Shown here: positions 29,575-40,700 of the stretch, in pieces
Numbering within the stretch: position 1 is the first letter of the stretch
Layout of the letters: every line of letters starts with the position of its first letter
Assembly (NCBI GenBank): GCA_016177405.1
Contig: JACOVG010000027.1
Location: 14,733 to 78,732 of the forward strand
Length of the DNA: 64,000 nt
Direction: 5' to 3'
Source of the DNA: Candidatus Omnitrophota bacterium
GTDB lineage: Bacteria; Omnitrophota; Gorgyraeia; 1-14-0-20-64-10
Made by a program: the position numbers and the translations under genes
The notes under the pieces: model-generated
Databases searched by the model: none
Told to the model about the DNA's origin: nothing
The model's input: the letters and a program-made list of their open reading frames with translations, nothing else

Positions 29575-29603
29575 TTGACATTGCGCTTAGCGTGAAGTAG
29601 CCT
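29575..29603 (+). promoter_or_regulatory. sigma-70-like promoter for the ORF6N gene
   Basis: TTGACA-17 nt-TAGCCT in an AT-rich intergenic segment. Confidence 0.5.
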
Positions 29604-29614
29604 ATTTTGCCCCG

Positions 29615-30148
29615 ATGCGGAAGAACCCTCTTGCTCTCGCCAGGTCAGTTCATGCGGAAATCATCGAGCGCCGGATCCTGCTGATCCGTAAGCAGCGGGT
29701 CATGCTGGATTCGGATCTGGCCCAGCTTTATGGAGTAACCACGTTTAACCTCAACAAGGCCGTCAAGCGCAACAGGGAACGCTTTCCAGAGGATTTTATG
29801 TTCCAGTTGTCCGTGGGAGAGGCCGGAAACTTGAGATTCCAATTTGGAATGTCAGGTTGGGGAGGCAGACGCTATCTTCCATACGCCTTCACTGAGCAGG
29901 GAGTGGCTATGCTCTCCGGCGTTCTGCGTAGCAAGCGAGCCATCCAAGTGAACATCGCCATCGTGCGGGCATTCGTGCGGTTGCGGCGAATGCTGGCGTC
30001 ACACCGTCACCTGGCGCAGAAGCTGGTGGAATTGGAGCGCAAGCTCGCGAATCATGATCAGAAGATACATTCGATCTTCGACGCGATCCGGCAGCTGATG
30101 GCGCCACCCGCTCCGGCTCGACGCAGGATCGGTTTTCATTCCACGTAA
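29615..30148 (+). CDS. ORF6N-domain DNA-binding protein
   Basis: [41 protein letters not shown]. Confidence 0.88.
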   Translation: MRKNPLALARSVHAEIIERRILLIRKQRVMLDSDLAQLYGVTTFNLNKAVKRNRERFPEDFMFQLSVGEAGNLRFQFGMSGWGGRRYLPYAFTEQGVAMLSGVLRSKRAIQVNIAIVRAFVRLRRMLASHRHLAQKLVELERKLANHDQKIHSIFDAIRQLMAPPAPARRRIGFHST

Positions 30149-30160
30149 AGGAGGCAAACG

Positions 30161-31687
30161 ATGTTGGCAAGGGTGGAGACGGCGGCGGTGGTGGGCATCT
30201 CGGCGGCGCCGGTCACCGTGGAGGTGGACGTGGCCGACGGGCTGCCGGCGGTCACCATCGTGGGGCTTCCGGATCCGTCGGTCAAGGAGTCCAAGGAGCG
30301 GATCAAGTCGGCCCTGAAGAACACCCAGTTCGCCTGGCCCCAGACGCGGATCACGGTGAACCTGGCGCCGGCCGATGTCCGCAAGGAAGGCTCGGCCTTC
30401 GATTTTCCCATCGCCCTGGGGCTTCTGGCCGCCTCCAAACAGCTGGATCCCCAGCTCTTTGCCGACGCGGTGGCGCTGGGAGAGCTGGCGCTGGACGGCG
30501 CCTTGAGGCCTATCCCCGGCGCCTTACCGGTGGCCTTGAGTTTAAAGGGAACGGGCAAGCGGCTTCTGCTGCCGGCGGCCAATGCCCGGGAGGCGGCCGT
30601 GGCGGAGGCGGTTCGCGTCTATCCGATCGAGCACCTTCAGCAGGCGATCGCCTTCTTGAGGGGCGAGGCGCCTCTGGCGCCCTGCCGGATGGATCAGGGC
30701 CAACGGGCCAAACCGGCCGCGCCGGAGGCGCTGGATTTCTCGGAGGTGAAGGGTCAGGTTGTCGCCAAGCGGGCGATGGAGGTGGCGGTGGCCGGCTGGC
30801 ACAACCTGCTTTTGGTGGGGCCCCCGGGGGCGGGCAAGACAATGCTGGCCAAGCGGATCCCCACCATCATGCCGCCCTTGTCGCTGACCGAGTCGCTCGC
30901 GGTCACCCAGATTTACAGCGTCATGGGCATGATACCGCACGGCCAGGCCCTTCTGGACGAGAGGCCCTTCCGGGCGCCTCACCACACCATCTCGGATGTG
31001 GCCTTGATCGGCGGCGGCTCCCTTCCCAGGCCCGGAGAGATCTCTCTGGCCCACCTGGGCGTTCTCTTCTTGGATGAACTGCCGGAGTTCAACCGTCCGG
31101 CCCTGGAGGCCCTTCGTCAGCCCCTGGAGGAAGGGATTGTCACGGTCAGCCGTCTGCATGGAAGGATGGTCTTCCCGGCCCAATTCATGCTGGCGGCTTC
31201 CATGAACCCCTGCCCGTGCGGGTCGGCCGGGGACCCGGCCAGGAACTGTCTTTGCAGCCCGATACAGATTCAGCGATACCGTTCCAAGGTCTCCTGGCCC
31301 CTCCTGGACCGGATCGACATCGTTCTGGAGGTGCCGGCCCTTTCGTACGCCGAGCTTAGCTTTGAGGGCCAGGGAGAATCCTCCGGGGCGATCCGGGCCC
31401 GCGTGGCGGAGGCCCGCCGGCGCCAGGAAGAACGGTTTAGAGGGGAAGGGTTCTTCTTCAACGCCCAGATGCGCCACCGGCATCTGAAACGATTCTGCCG
31501 CCTCGATGAGACGGGCCGGAAGCTTTTTAAAGATGCCGTCTTGAACCTGGGGCTTTCCGCCCGGGCCTACCACCGGATCTTAAAGGTCTCCCGCACCATC
31601 GCCGACCTGGCCGGCTCCGACGAAATTCGTCCGGAGCACCTGGCCGAGGCGGTTCAATACCGCGCCCTGGACCGATCTGCGCCTTAG
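30161..31687 (+). CDS. comM: YifB/ComM Mg-chelatase-like AAA ATPase
   Basis: VGLPD..VKES, GPPGAGKT, RPFRAPHH, LFLDELPEF, NPCPCG. Confidence 0.9.
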   Translation: MLARVETAAVVGISAAPVTVEVDVADGLPAVTIVGLPDPSVKESKERIKSALKNTQFAWPQTRITVNLAPADVRKEGSAFDFPIALGLLAASKQLDPQLFADAVALGELALDGALRPIPGALPVALSLKGTGKRLLLPAANAREAAVAEAVRVYPIEHLQQAIAFLRGEAPLAPCRMDQGQRAKPAAPEALDFSEVKGQVVAKRAMEVAVAGWHNLLLVGPPGAGKTMLAKRIPTIMPPLSLTESLAVTQIYSVMGMIPHGQALLDERPFRAPHHTISDVALIGGGSLPRPGEISLAHLGVLFLDELPEFNRPALEALRQPLEEGIVTVSRLHGRMVFPAQFMLAASMNPCPCGSAGDPARNCLCSPIQIQRYRSKVSWPLLDRIDIVLEVPALSYAELSFEGQGESSGAIRARVAEARRRQEERFRGEGFFFNAQMRHRHLKRFCRLDETGRKLFKDAVLNLGLSARAYHRILKVSRTIADLAGSDEIRPEHLAEAVQYRALDRSAP

Positions 31688-31726
31688 CTGGACGGTCGCG
31701 CGGCCTCGCGATAGAATAGAAGGATT

Positions 31727-32176
31727 GTGAATCCGATAACCCAAGCGTTCCAAAACCAGGTGCTCTTGTCCACCCTCGCCGCTTGGGTGGCGGCCCAGAC
31801 ACTGAAGGTCCTGCTGGCGGTGAAGAATCGGCACCACTTTGACGTCCGCTGGTTCCTCGGCACAGGCGGCATGCCCTCGGCCCACTCGGCCGGCGTCTCC
31901 GCCCTGGCCGTCGGGGTGGGTCTGCAGGTGGGTTTCCATACCCCCGGCTTCGCGGTGGCCGCGATGTTCGCGCTGGTGACCATGTTCGATGCCCAGGGGG
32001 TGCGCCGCGCCGCCGGGCGCCAGGGGATTGTCCTCAACAAGATGATTGATGAACTGTACATCAGAGGTCAAGTGAGCCAGGAGCGGGTGAAGGAACTGCT
32101 GGGGCACACGCCCATCGAGGTGTTCGCGGGGGCGGCCATCGGCTGTTTGGTCGCCTTGCTTTTGTGCAGGTCATGA
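31727..32176 (+). CDS. divergent PAP2-family membrane protein (DUF212)
   Basis: GGMPSAHSA, DAQGVRR, LLGHTPIEV. Confidence 0.88.
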   Translation: MNPITQAFQNQVLLSTLAAWVAAQTLKVLLAVKNRHHFDVRWFLGTGGMPSAHSAGVSALAVGVGLQVGFHTPGFAVAAMFALVTMFDAQGVRRAAGRQGIVLNKMIDELYIRGQVSQERVKELLGHTPIEVFAGAAIGCLVALLLCRS

Positions 32177-33021
32177 CCCCGCGGCGCTGGCTCTTTCTGG
32201 GGGTTGTCGCGGCGATCGGGTTGGGCCTGTGGGCGGGCGTCTTCTCCCGCGGGCGCTCGAAGATCTCACCCGCCGGCGCCCCCCAGGCCGAAAAGCCTTC
32301 CGCTGTTTCTCCGGCCCCCAAGTCGGCCCGCTTGCTGATGGCCAAGGCCGACCGGGCCCTGGCGGAGGGAAACCTCCTGGAGGCCAAGCGGCTCTACCAG
32401 GAGATTCTTCAGCAGGAGGACGCGGGGTCGGTGGCGGCCGCCGTGCAGGGGCGCCTGGGCGAGGTGAACCTCAAGCTCCTCCTGTCGCCGGCGTCCACCC
32501 CCGCGTCGGTGATCCACACCGTGGCCTCCGGCGACACCCTGACCAAGATCGCGAAGAAATATGGAACGACAATCGAGCTTCTGATGGCCTCCAACGGCTT
32601 GACCAGCGACCGGATCCGGCCGGGGCAGCCGCTGAAGGTGAGCCGGGCGCAGTTTTCTCTGGTGGTGGACAAATCCCAGAACACGCTCACCCTCAAGGAC
32701 GGCCAAGAGGTCCTCAAGGTCTACCGCTGCTCCACGGGCAAGGGCGGGATCACGCCGGAGGGAACCTTCACCATTGTGAACCGGATCGTGGATCCCCCGT
32801 GGTTCACGCCGGAGGGGATCATCCCGCCGGGCGATTCCCGGAACATCCTGGGCACCCGGTGGCTCGGGTTTAACCTGGCCAGCTACGGCATTCACGGCAC
32901 CACCGACCCCGCATCGATCGGCAGGCCGGTCACCCAGGGCTGCGTGCGCTTGACCAATTCCGACGTGGAGGAGCTTTACGCGCTCCTCCCGGAAGGAACC
33001 TTGGTCACCATCGTCGAGTAA
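32173..33021 (+). CDS. LysM-domain L,D-transpeptidase
   Basis: N-terminal TM, HTVASGDTLTKIAKKY (LysM), YGIHGT...TQGCVRL. Confidence 0.9.
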   Translation: MTPRRWLFLGVVAAIGLGLWAGVFSRGRSKISPAGAPQAEKPSAVSPAPKSARLLMAKADRALAEGNLLEAKRLYQEILQQEDAGSVAAAVQGRLGEVNLKLLLSPASTPASVIHTVASGDTLTKIAKKYGTTIELLMASNGLTSDRIRPGQPLKVSRAQFSLVVDKSQNTLTLKDGQEVLKVYRCSTGKGGITPEGTFTIVNRIVDPPWFTPEGIIPPGDSRNILGTRWLGFNLASYGIHGTTDPASIGRPVTQGCVRLTNSDVEELYALLPEGTLVTIVE

Positions 33022-33033
33022 CCCCGCCTCTCT

Positions 33034-33996
33034 ATGGCCACCGGTTTCTCCCTCGAGTTCGAGCGCCCCATCATTGATCTGGAGCAAAAGATCCAGGAGC
33101 TCAAGAATCTGCCCGCCTCCAAGGCGATCGATTTGGCCGGCGACATCGAGCGTCTGGAGGAGAAACTCGAAGAGGCCAAACGCAGGGTCTACCAGAGCCT
33201 GACCCCCTGGCAGAGGGTCCAGCTGGCCCGCCATCCCAAGAGGCCCTACACCCTCGACTACATCCGGATCCTGATGACCGATTTCGTGGAGATTCACGGC
33301 GACCGGGCCTTCGCGGACGACAAGGCCCTGATCGGCGGTCTGGCCCGGATGGACGGCGTGAAGCTGATGGTGGTGGGGCACCAGAAGGGCCGGGACACCA
33401 AGGAGAATCTGTACCGCAACTTCGGCTCCGCCCACCCGGAGGGGTACCGCAAGGCGATCCGGCTGATGCAGATGGCCGCCAAGTTCGACCTGCCCATCCT
33501 TTGTTTCGTGGACACCCCCGGCGCCTACCCCGGCATTGGCGCCGAGGAACGCGGGCAGGCCCAGGCCATCGCCTACAACCTTCGGGAGATGGCGCGGCTT
33601 GCCGTGCCGATCATCGTGACGGTGATCGGCGAGGGGGGTTCCGGCGGGGCGCTGGGAATCGGGGTGGGGGACCGGGTGCTCGTGCTGGAAAACGCCTACT
33701 ACTCGGTCATCTCACCGGAGGGATGCGCCGCGATCCTCTGGAAAGACCGGGCCAGGGCCCCGGAGGCGGCCGAGTGCCTGAAGCTGACCGCCACCGAGCT
33801 CCTCAAATTCAATCTGATCGACGAGGCGGTGCCCGAGCCCCTGGGCGGGGCCCACCGCGACCACGAACAGACGGCCAAGAACCTCCATAAAATTCTGGCC
33901 AAGCATTTGAAGGAGCTGAAGGCCCTGCCGCCGTCGGAGCTTTTGAAGGGCCGTCACGCCAAATTCCGGAAGATGGGCCTGTTCACGGAGCTTTAG
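33034..33996 (+). CDS. accA: acetyl-CoA carboxylase carboxyltransferase alpha
   Basis: LARHPKRP, GHQKGRD, DTPGAYPG, GEGGSGGAL. Confidence 0.96.
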   Translation: MATGFSLEFERPIIDLEQKIQELKNLPASKAIDLAGDIERLEEKLEEAKRRVYQSLTPWQRVQLARHPKRPYTLDYIRILMTDFVEIHGDRAFADDKALIGGLARMDGVKLMVVGHQKGRDTKENLYRNFGSAHPEGYRKAIRLMQMAAKFDLPILCFVDTPGAYPGIGAEERGQAQAIAYNLREMARLAVPIIVTVIGEGGSGGALGIGVGDRVLVLENAYYSVISPEGCAAILWKDRARAPEAAECLKLTATELLKFNLIDEAVPEPLGGAHRDHEQTAKNLHKILAKHLKELKALPPSELLKGRHAKFRKMGLFTEL

Positions 33997-33997
33997 G

Positions 33998-34552
33998 ATG
34001 GCCGGGAAACGCAGGGGCCTCATCATCGTCTACACCGGCGACGCCAAGGGGAAAACCTCCGCCGCCCTGGGGGCGGCCCTGCGGGCGCTGGGCCACGGCT
34101 GGCGGGTCCTGATGATCCAGTTCATGAAGGGGGACTGGCCGGTCGTTTACGGCGAGCTCGAAATGGCCAAGAGGCTCTACCCCCAGTTCGAGGTTCTCCA
34201 GCTGGGCCGCGGCTTTGTGAAGATCATGGGGGACAAGAAGCCCTTCAAGGAGCATCTGGCGGCCGCCCAGGCGGCGATGGAGATCACCCGGGAAAGGATC
34301 TTCTCCGGGCGGTACGATGTGGTGATCCTCGATGAGATCAACTACGCCCTGGGCTACCTGGACTTCAAGCTGATTGAGCTCTCCGATGTGCTGGAGCTCT
34401 TGCGCACCAAGCCCCCCGATCTGCACCTCATCTTGACCGGCCGCAACGCCCACCCGAGGGTGATCGAGCTGGCCGACCTGGTGACCGAGATGCGGGAGAT
34501 CAAGCACCCGATGAAGAAGGGAATCCCCGCCCAGCAGGGGATTGATTACTAG
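33998..34552 (+). CDS. cobO: cob(I)yrinic acid a,c-diamide adenosyltransferase (CobO/BtuR family)
   Basis: YTGDAKGKTSAA, QFMKG, LDEIN, LTGR, KHP...GIDY. Confidence 0.88.
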   Translation: MAGKRRGLIIVYTGDAKGKTSAALGAALRALGHGWRVLMIQFMKGDWPVVYGELEMAKRLYPQFEVLQLGRGFVKIMGDKKPFKEHLAAAQAAMEITRERIFSGRYDVVILDEINYALGYLDFKLIELSDVLELLRTKPPDLHLILTGRNAHPRVIELADLVTEMREIKHPMKKGIPAQQGIDY

Positions 34553-34936
34553 CTAACGGCGGCCGGTCAGCATCTCCTGAACGGTTTTGACCAGATCCTC
34601 CAGGCGGGCCGGTTTCTCCAGCGCGCGGTCCCGAGACTCCGAGAAATCAGCCAGCTTCCCCAGGACATCGGACTTCGCCGTCACCAGGAGAACCGGGATC
34701 GTCTTGGTGATCGGGTCCTGGCGGAGCTTCTCGAAGACGACGGTGCCGGGGATGTCCGGAAGGACGATGTCCAGGATGATCAGGGCGGGCCACTCCTCCT
34801 TGGCGCGCGACAGGACCTCGCCGCCGGTGGCCGCCTCCAGCACCTCATAGCCCCTTAAGCGCAGGGTGCGGGCCACCCCGGCCCGGGCGTCCAGCTCGTC
34901 ATCCACCAGCAGGATCTTTAATTTTGCTCGCGCCAT
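34553..34936 (-). CDS. single-domain response regulator receiver
   Basis: ILLVDD, LDIVLPD, IPVLLVTA, KP; true start at 34936 (the track extends it into the tRNAs). Confidence 0.85.
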   Translation of the reverse strand: MARAKLKILLVDDELDARAGVARTLRLRGYEVLEAATGGEVLSRAKEEWPALIILDIVLPDIPGTVVFEKLRQDPITKTIPVLLVTAKSDVLGKLADFSESRDRALEKPARLEDLVKTVQEMLTGRR

Positions 34937-34953
34937 TCGCTGCCCTTTGTTTG

Positions 34954-35037
34954 TGCCGAGGGAGAGAATCGAACTCTCATGGGGTTTCCCCCACAGGTTT
35001 TTGAGACCTGCGCGTCTGCCGGTTTCGCCACCTCGGC
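34954..35037 (-). tRNA. tRNA-Leu(CAA), CCA not encoded
   Basis: Reverse complement GCCGAGGTGGCGAAACCGGCAGACGCGCAGGTCTCAAAAACCTG...GTTCGATTCTCTCCCTCGGCA; long variable arm. Confidence 0.92.
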
Positions 35038-35044
35038 GAAAAAG

Positions 35045-35120
35045 TGGTGGAGCTGAGGGGGATCGAACCCCTGACCTCCTGCATGCCATGCAGGCGCTCT
35101 CCCAGCTGAGCTACAGCCCC
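35045..35120 (-). tRNA. tRNA-Ala(GGC)
   Basis: Reverse complement GGGGCTGTAGCTCAGCTGGGAGAGCGCCTGCATGGCATGCAGG...GGTTCGATCCCCCTCAGCTCCACCA, 76 nt. Confidence 0.96.
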
Positions 35121-35193
35121 GAAGTTTCTAGGCGACCTTGAGGTCGCCCGTAAACTGGAGTCCCTTTTTGGGACAGCCCCGAAGTACGCAAGC

Positions 35194-35246
35194 AGTCTAC
35201 TGGCGAACCCCTCGCGTTGTCAACCTTTCCGGCCGCGTGCTAGAAT
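35194..35246. promoter_or_regulatory. overlapping divergent promoters (tRNA pair on -, leuS on +)
   Basis: + strand TTGTCA-18-TAGAAT; - strand TTGACA-18-TAGACT; the two -35 boxes overlap at 35217-35223. Confidence 0.5.
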
Positions 35247-35257
35247 GATTTTCGACG

Positions 35258-37645
35258 ATGAGTTACCCCTTTGCCGAGATAGAGCCGAAGTGGCAGGCCC
35301 GCTGGGACGAAAAGAAGGCCTTCAGGGCTGACCCAGGAGATAGGGGAAAGTATTACCTCCTCGAGATGTTCCCCTACCCCTCGGGCCGGATCCACATGGG
35401 CCATGTGCGCAACTACACCATCGCCGATGTCCTGGCCCGCTTCCGGCGGTCGCAGGGCCATCGGGTGCTCCACCCCATGGGATTCGACGCCTTCGGCCAG
35501 CCGGCCGAGAACGCCGCCATCAAGAACAAGACCGATCCCTCCGCCTGGACCCAGGGCTGCATCCGGCAGATGCGCTCGGAGCTGGAGCGGATGGGCTTCT
35601 CTTACGACTGGGAGAGAGAGGTCGTCACCTGCGAGCCGGACTACTACCGCTGGAACCAGTGGATCTTCCTGCAAATGCTGAAGAAGGGCCTCGCCTACCG
35701 GGCGGGGGCCAAGGTGAACTGGTGCCCGAACTGCCAGACCACCCTGGCCAACGAGGAGGTGGTGGAGGAAGCCTGCTGGCGCTGTGCCACCCCGGTGGAG
35801 CTTAAGGAGCTCACGCAGTGGTACCTGAAGATCACCGCCTACTGCCAGGAGCTTCTGGACGACCTGAAACAGCTTTCCCGTTGGCCCTCGCGGGTGATCA
35901 CCATGCAGGAGAATTGGATCGGAAGAAGCGAGGGGGTGGAGATTGGGTTCACGGTGAAGGGAAGCGGACAGCGCCTGCCGGTCTTCACCACCCGGCCCGA
36001 CACGATCTTTGGGGCGACCTACGTGGTGGTGGCCCCGGAGCACCCCATCCTCAAGGAGATCCGGACCGCCGCCGACGTGAAGAAGGAGGGGATGGCCACC
36101 GGCGCCCAGGCGATCAATCCGGTCAACGGCGAGGCGATCCCCATCTGGACGGCCGATTACGTCCTCATGGAGTACGGCACCGGAGCCATCATGGCGGTGC
36201 CGGCCCACGACCAGCGGGACTTCCTCTTCGCCCGGGAGCATAACCTCCCGGTCCGGGTGGTCATCCGGCCGCCGAAGGGAGGGCCGGATCCCTCCCAATG
36301 GACCGAGGCTTACGAAGGGGAAGGGACACAGGTGAACTCCGCCCAGTTCAACGGGCTCTCCAGCGCCGAAGGCAAGAAGAAGATCGCCGCCTGGATGGAG
36401 GAGAAAAAGTTTGGGAAAAGAACCGTCCGGTGGCGGCTCCGAGACTGGCTCATCTCCCGCCAGCGCTACTGGGGGACTCCCATTCCCGTCGTCCACTGTC
36501 AGGCCTGCGGGGTGGTGCCGGTGCCGGAGGATGAGCTTCCGGTCACCCTTCCCGCCAAGGCCCCCTTGACCGGCGAGGGGGGCTCGCCCCTGGCCAAGGT
36601 GAAGGCCTTTGTGGGGGCGAGCTGTCCCCGGTGCGGGAAGCTGTCCCGGCGGGAGACCGACACGATGGCCACCTTCTTTGACTCCTCCTGGTACTTCCTC
36701 CGCTTCTGCTCGCCCAAAGAGGCGAAGCTCCCCTTTGATCCCAAGGAGGCGGCTTACTGGATGCCGGTGGACCAGTACATCGGCGGCATCGAGCACGCGA
36801 TCCTGCACCTGCTTTATTCCAGATTCTTCACCAAGTTCCTGCGGGATGAGGGGCTCTTGGCGCTCGATGAGCCCTTCACGCGGCTGTTGACCCAGGGGAT
36901 GGTCCTCAAGGGCGGCGAGGTGATGTCCAAGTCCAAGGGCAACGTCGTGGACCCCGACGGGGTGATCCAGCGGTACGGGGCCGATGCCCTGCGGCTCTTT
37001 ATCCTCTTCGCGGCGCCCCCGGAGGATCAGCTGGAGTGGAATACCCAAGCCATCGAGGGGATCTCCCGCTTCTTGAACCGGGTCTGGGATCTGGCGGAAT
37101 CGTCATCGCCAGGAGGTCCGAAGGACCGACGTGGCGATCTCGAGATTGCTTCGCCCCCTGCGGGGACTCGCAATGACATCTCGCTGCGCCGTGCCGCCCA
37201 CGCCGCGATCAAACGGGTCACCGAGGACCTGGAGAGTTTCAAGTTCAACACGGCGATCTCCGCCTTGATGGAACTGAAGAACGCCATCGAGAAATCCCCG
37301 CGGTCTCCCGACGCGCGGGAGGCGGTGGAAACCCTCGTGCGGCTGCTTGCCCCCTTCGCTCCCCACATGGCCGAGGAACTCTGGGAGCGGCTGGGCCACA
37401 AGGAGCTTCTGGTCTCAAACCCTTGGCCCGCGCATGAGGCCTCGCTTCTGGTCGAGAAGGAGGTCACCCTGGTTATCCAGGTGAACGGCAAGGTCCGCTC
37501 CCGCGTCACGGTGCCGGCGGGCCAGGACAAGGAGACTCTCAAGGCCAAGGTCTTAGCCGACCCGGCTGTCCAGAAGTGGCTGGATGGCAAACCAGCCCGC
37601 GACCTCATCGTTGTTCCCGACCGCCTGGTCAACGTCGTCGTGTAA
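35258..37645 (+). CDS. leuS: leucine--tRNA ligase
   Basis: [38 protein letters not shown]. Confidence 0.96.
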   Translation: MSYPFAEIEPKWQARWDEKKAFRADPGDRGKYYLLEMFPYPSGRIHMGHVRNYTIADVLARFRRSQGHRVLHPMGFDAFGQPAENAAIKNKTDPSAWTQGCIRQMRSELERMGFSYDWEREVVTCEPDYYRWNQWIFLQMLKKGLAYRAGAKVNWCPNCQTTLANEEVVEEACWRCATPVELKELTQWYLKITAYCQELLDDLKQLSRWPSRVITMQENWIGRSEGVEIGFTVKGSGQRLPVFTTRPDTIFGATYVVVAPEHPILKEIRTAADVKKEGMATGAQAINPVNGEAIPIWTADYVLMEYGTGAIMAVPAHDQRDFLFAREHNLPVRVVIRPPKGGPDPSQWTEAYEGEGTQVNSAQFNGLSSAEGKKKIAAWMEEKKFGKRTVRWRLRDWLISRQRYWGTPIPVVHCQACGVVPVPEDELPVTLPAKAPLTGEGGSPLAKVKAFVGASCPRCGKLSRRETDTMATFFDSSWYFLRFCSPKEAKLPFDPKEAAYWMPVDQYIGGIEHAILHLLYSRFFTKFLRDEGLLALDEPFTRLLTQGMVLKGGEVMSKSKGNVVDPDGVIQRYGADALRLFILFAAPPEDQLEWNTQAIEGISRFLNRVWDLAESSSPGGPKDRRGDLEIASPPAGTRNDISLRRAAHAAIKRVTEDLESFKFNTAISALMELKNAIEKSPRSPDAREAVETLVRLLAPFAPHMAEELWERLGHKELLVSNPWPAHEASLLVEKEVTLVIQVNGKVRSRVTVPAGQDKETLKAKVLADPAVQKWLDGKPARDLIVVPDRLVNVVV
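37102..37177. repeat. RPE-like palindromic element inserted in frame in leuS
   Basis: Terminal inverted repeat GTCATCGC...GCAATGAC; internal GAGATTGCTTCG...CTCGCAATGAC shared with 62988-63032. Confidence 0.7.
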
Positions 37646-37724
37646 GGATTAATTAAAGGCAGTTATTTTTCTGGTTTTACCCGCGTTTCTTAGGTATACT
37701 TCTTGTATCCGACGCTCTAACCCC

Positions 37725-40700
37725 ATGAAAACAACCCCGATGCGGCGTTTCTTTTTTCTCCGCTTTGTGAGCGCTTTTCTTATTCTCACGCTGGCCGTTC
37801 CCTGCCCAGCCCACGCCCTGCGCGCCGAGGGTCCCACCTCCAGCAAGGTTGCGGCCGGCTTGGAAGAGGCCCTCGGATCTAAAGCCGCCGACCCGCCGAA
37901 GAAGTCCAAGATTGATGTACGGACGAAAGAACTGTCGGTAAAAGACACCGTGCTGACGGTTCAACCCCTTTCACCGGACGATCTCCTGAATTACCGAGAG
38001 GATCTTTGGGAGCTCCTTAAACTCATCCCTACGGACATTCCGCACGATGAAACAATCATAGATGAGATGCGGCAAGGGAAGTGGTACGACCGGGATTTAA
38101 GTTTCGCGGTCTGGGATAAAATGTCGAATCGCCCCATCGCTCTGGCCACCCTGATGATCTCTACAGATCCCCGCTACAAGCTTGGGACGGCGGTCATCCT
38201 TGAGAACTTCGCTGTCCATCCGGATTTTCAGGGGACCCCCGCAACCAGCTGGCTGCTCCACCGTGCCTTTTCCAACGCGCACGCGCTCCTTTCTCGACTT
38301 CATAAGGGGGGACCTCTCTATGCGCACCTGCTCACCATGAAGGGGGGTCGTCCGGATAAGCTGGGTTCAGAACGGGCGGAGCGTTTTTACACCAAGATGG
38401 GAGGGGCGGTCAAGACAAGAATCCCGGTAGGTTGGGAGGTTAAGGCCGGAGAATTCGAGGGTCATGTCTTCAAGAATCCTCATCTGGAGTTTGAGTTTGC
38501 CCTTCCTGGATGCCTCGCGACGATCGAGCAGGAGTTTCAAAAAAAGCTGTCCTCCGGCCTGGAGGAGACGCAGGCGGTGGAGGTTCTTCAATGGAGCATG
38601 GAGGATCTTAGAGAGGTCCTAAGGAAGCGCGGTCTCCTTCGGCTGGGTCAAACCGATGACCAAGCGGCCGAGCTGGCCTTGAAGATGACGCTTGAGGAAA
38701 GATTCAAAACCCGGCCAACGAAACCGATTCTCCTTCGGGTTCTTCCTTCTAACCAGACGCAGGCGAGATCTCTGGAGGAGATCGGGCTTCAGCCTTTGGT
38801 GAGCCGAGAGGATATCGTAAGCCGCCTGGAACTTAGCGCTTATGAGGACCACGCCATTTCCCGCATCCGCCTGGAACAAGAAGGAGAACACCAGCATCTC
38901 TCGGTGCCTCTTTCCAAGCCGCTTAAAATTCCTGGGACAGGGCAATCTCTTGTGGAGGTCCGGATATCGTCCGGAGACCGGCGTTTTGATCAGCTTCCAG
39001 AGGTGTCGCGGCTTGTCCAGGAGCTTCGTGAAAGGAAGGCCAGCGCCTCCGATAAGCGAGATTTCCTCCAAGAGCTGCCCGGGCGGCTGCGAAACGGGAA
39101 GCTTCGCCTCTCTCACCTGCCGGCGTTTCCGCTTGGGTTGAGGGAGGAAGCGGACGTAGAAACGTTTGCCCGACGGGTTCAGCTTGACCCCTCCCACTCA
39201 AACCTTCTGGTATCGGAGGGGAAAGCCCAGGAAGCGCGCGAGCGCGAGGAACGATCCGCCAAGGCGAAGCCTCGAGAATCTCTTCCGGCGGAACCTCCAA
39301 AGAAGGATAAGCCCCCCGCGGCTGATCAGGAATCGGTGGCCCAGGCGCGCGAACTGGCCCGGAAGATTGCGCCGGAGGCCGCCCACGCCCTGGAGAGGCT
39401 TCTTAAAACCTTGGCTCTGGCGGCCTCTTGGGCTGGGATGCCGCCCAATTCAAAGGAGGTTGAAGCGCTGGGGGAAGAGATGCGCCGAGCCCTTGAGCCA
39501 GAACAGGTTGTGAGGAACCACGTTCGGAAAGGCCGCGCGCCTAACGAGGAGGAAGCGAAACGACAGCTTGCCCTGCTGGAAAAGCAGCTGCGGGAACGGA
39601 TGAGGCGATTGTACAAAACGAAATCAAGGGATGAGGTGGTAGCTTCCTTTCTCTCGCAGATTCAGCGGATGGCGACGGAAAAGAATTGGGCCAGCTATTG
39701 GTGGCTGGATCCGGACGTCGAAGTGCCTGTGCCCGAGGCGGTGACGGAGCTCTACCTGGTGGATCCTCCCGAGCTGGATGAGGCCGCCACCGCGGTCCTC
39801 TTGGAAGCGACCCGCTTGCTTCAGGAGGCCTTGGTACACCATCCGCCGGAAGATCCGAAGAGCTTGCTGTTTCTTCGAAAACTTCAGCTTAGCGGGGTGA
39901 GCTACTTGGCGTCAAAGAAAAAGCTTCCCACGGAACTGGCCGACGCCTTCGTTCGCGACCCAGGGACCTACCAGGGGGAGCTTTGGCTGGTGCGCCAGAA
40001 CTTTTGGTACCAGAAAATGCGCACGCAGAAGATTAGCGAAAACCACACGGGTCCACCGGGCTTGGTGCAGAGAGCTCCTCGTAAGGGGAGGGTGGAGAAT
40101 TCCAGCCATGAAATTGATTTTGGAACCCCCGGGCAGCTTTCAAGATCCTCTTTGAAGAAGATGCTTCTGACCAAGATGAAGCTGGTCCAGCAGCCCGTCG
40201 TCAGCGCTCCCCGAACGAATGGGGAGCCCGCAGGGCCGACGTATGACGACCATACCCGAGCCTTCATCCTTCTGGAGGTGGCCAGTCAGCCGGGGCACTT
40301 TTCGAAACCTGGAAAGTTGGAGGACGAGAGAAAATCATTCCTGCGGGTTATGTGGATTAGGGTAAGCGAGTTACAGCGCGCGCTCAAGCAGCCTGAACCG
40401 ACGTTTAAAGATGCCTACCAAAGAGGAAGACCTTTTCTTGAAGCCATTCAGATACCGGAAGAGGTCAGGCGGGATGTCCTCTTGGAGGATCCCGCGGCCG
40501 TTATCAACCTCTCTGCGATTATGTTGGAGGTGATGGCCCGGATCGCCCAGAAGCTGTCAAGCGATTTTCCGTTGGAAGAGGGTCTCGAAGGTAGTCGGGT
40601 CTTGCGCAGAGAGCTGACGTGGCGCTACCCCGCCTATCGGCCCTGGTGGCCCGGTCTGGCAGCCGCCGGCAAAGGTCAACCCTCCGCCGGCCCCTCGGCA

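Noticed and set aside
27190-30148. Prophage suggested by ORF6N and XRE-HTH domains
   Set aside because: No integrase, structural, terminase or replication genes nearby; flanks are housekeeping.
34937-35089. N-terminal extension of the response regulator
   Set aside because: It reads through tRNA-Ala and tRNA-Leu.
40575-40595. EEGLEG in the giant protein (and AGLKE near its C-terminus, AGLGQ in the 54178 protein)
   Set aside because: Do not match xGLEE; not counted as module boundaries.
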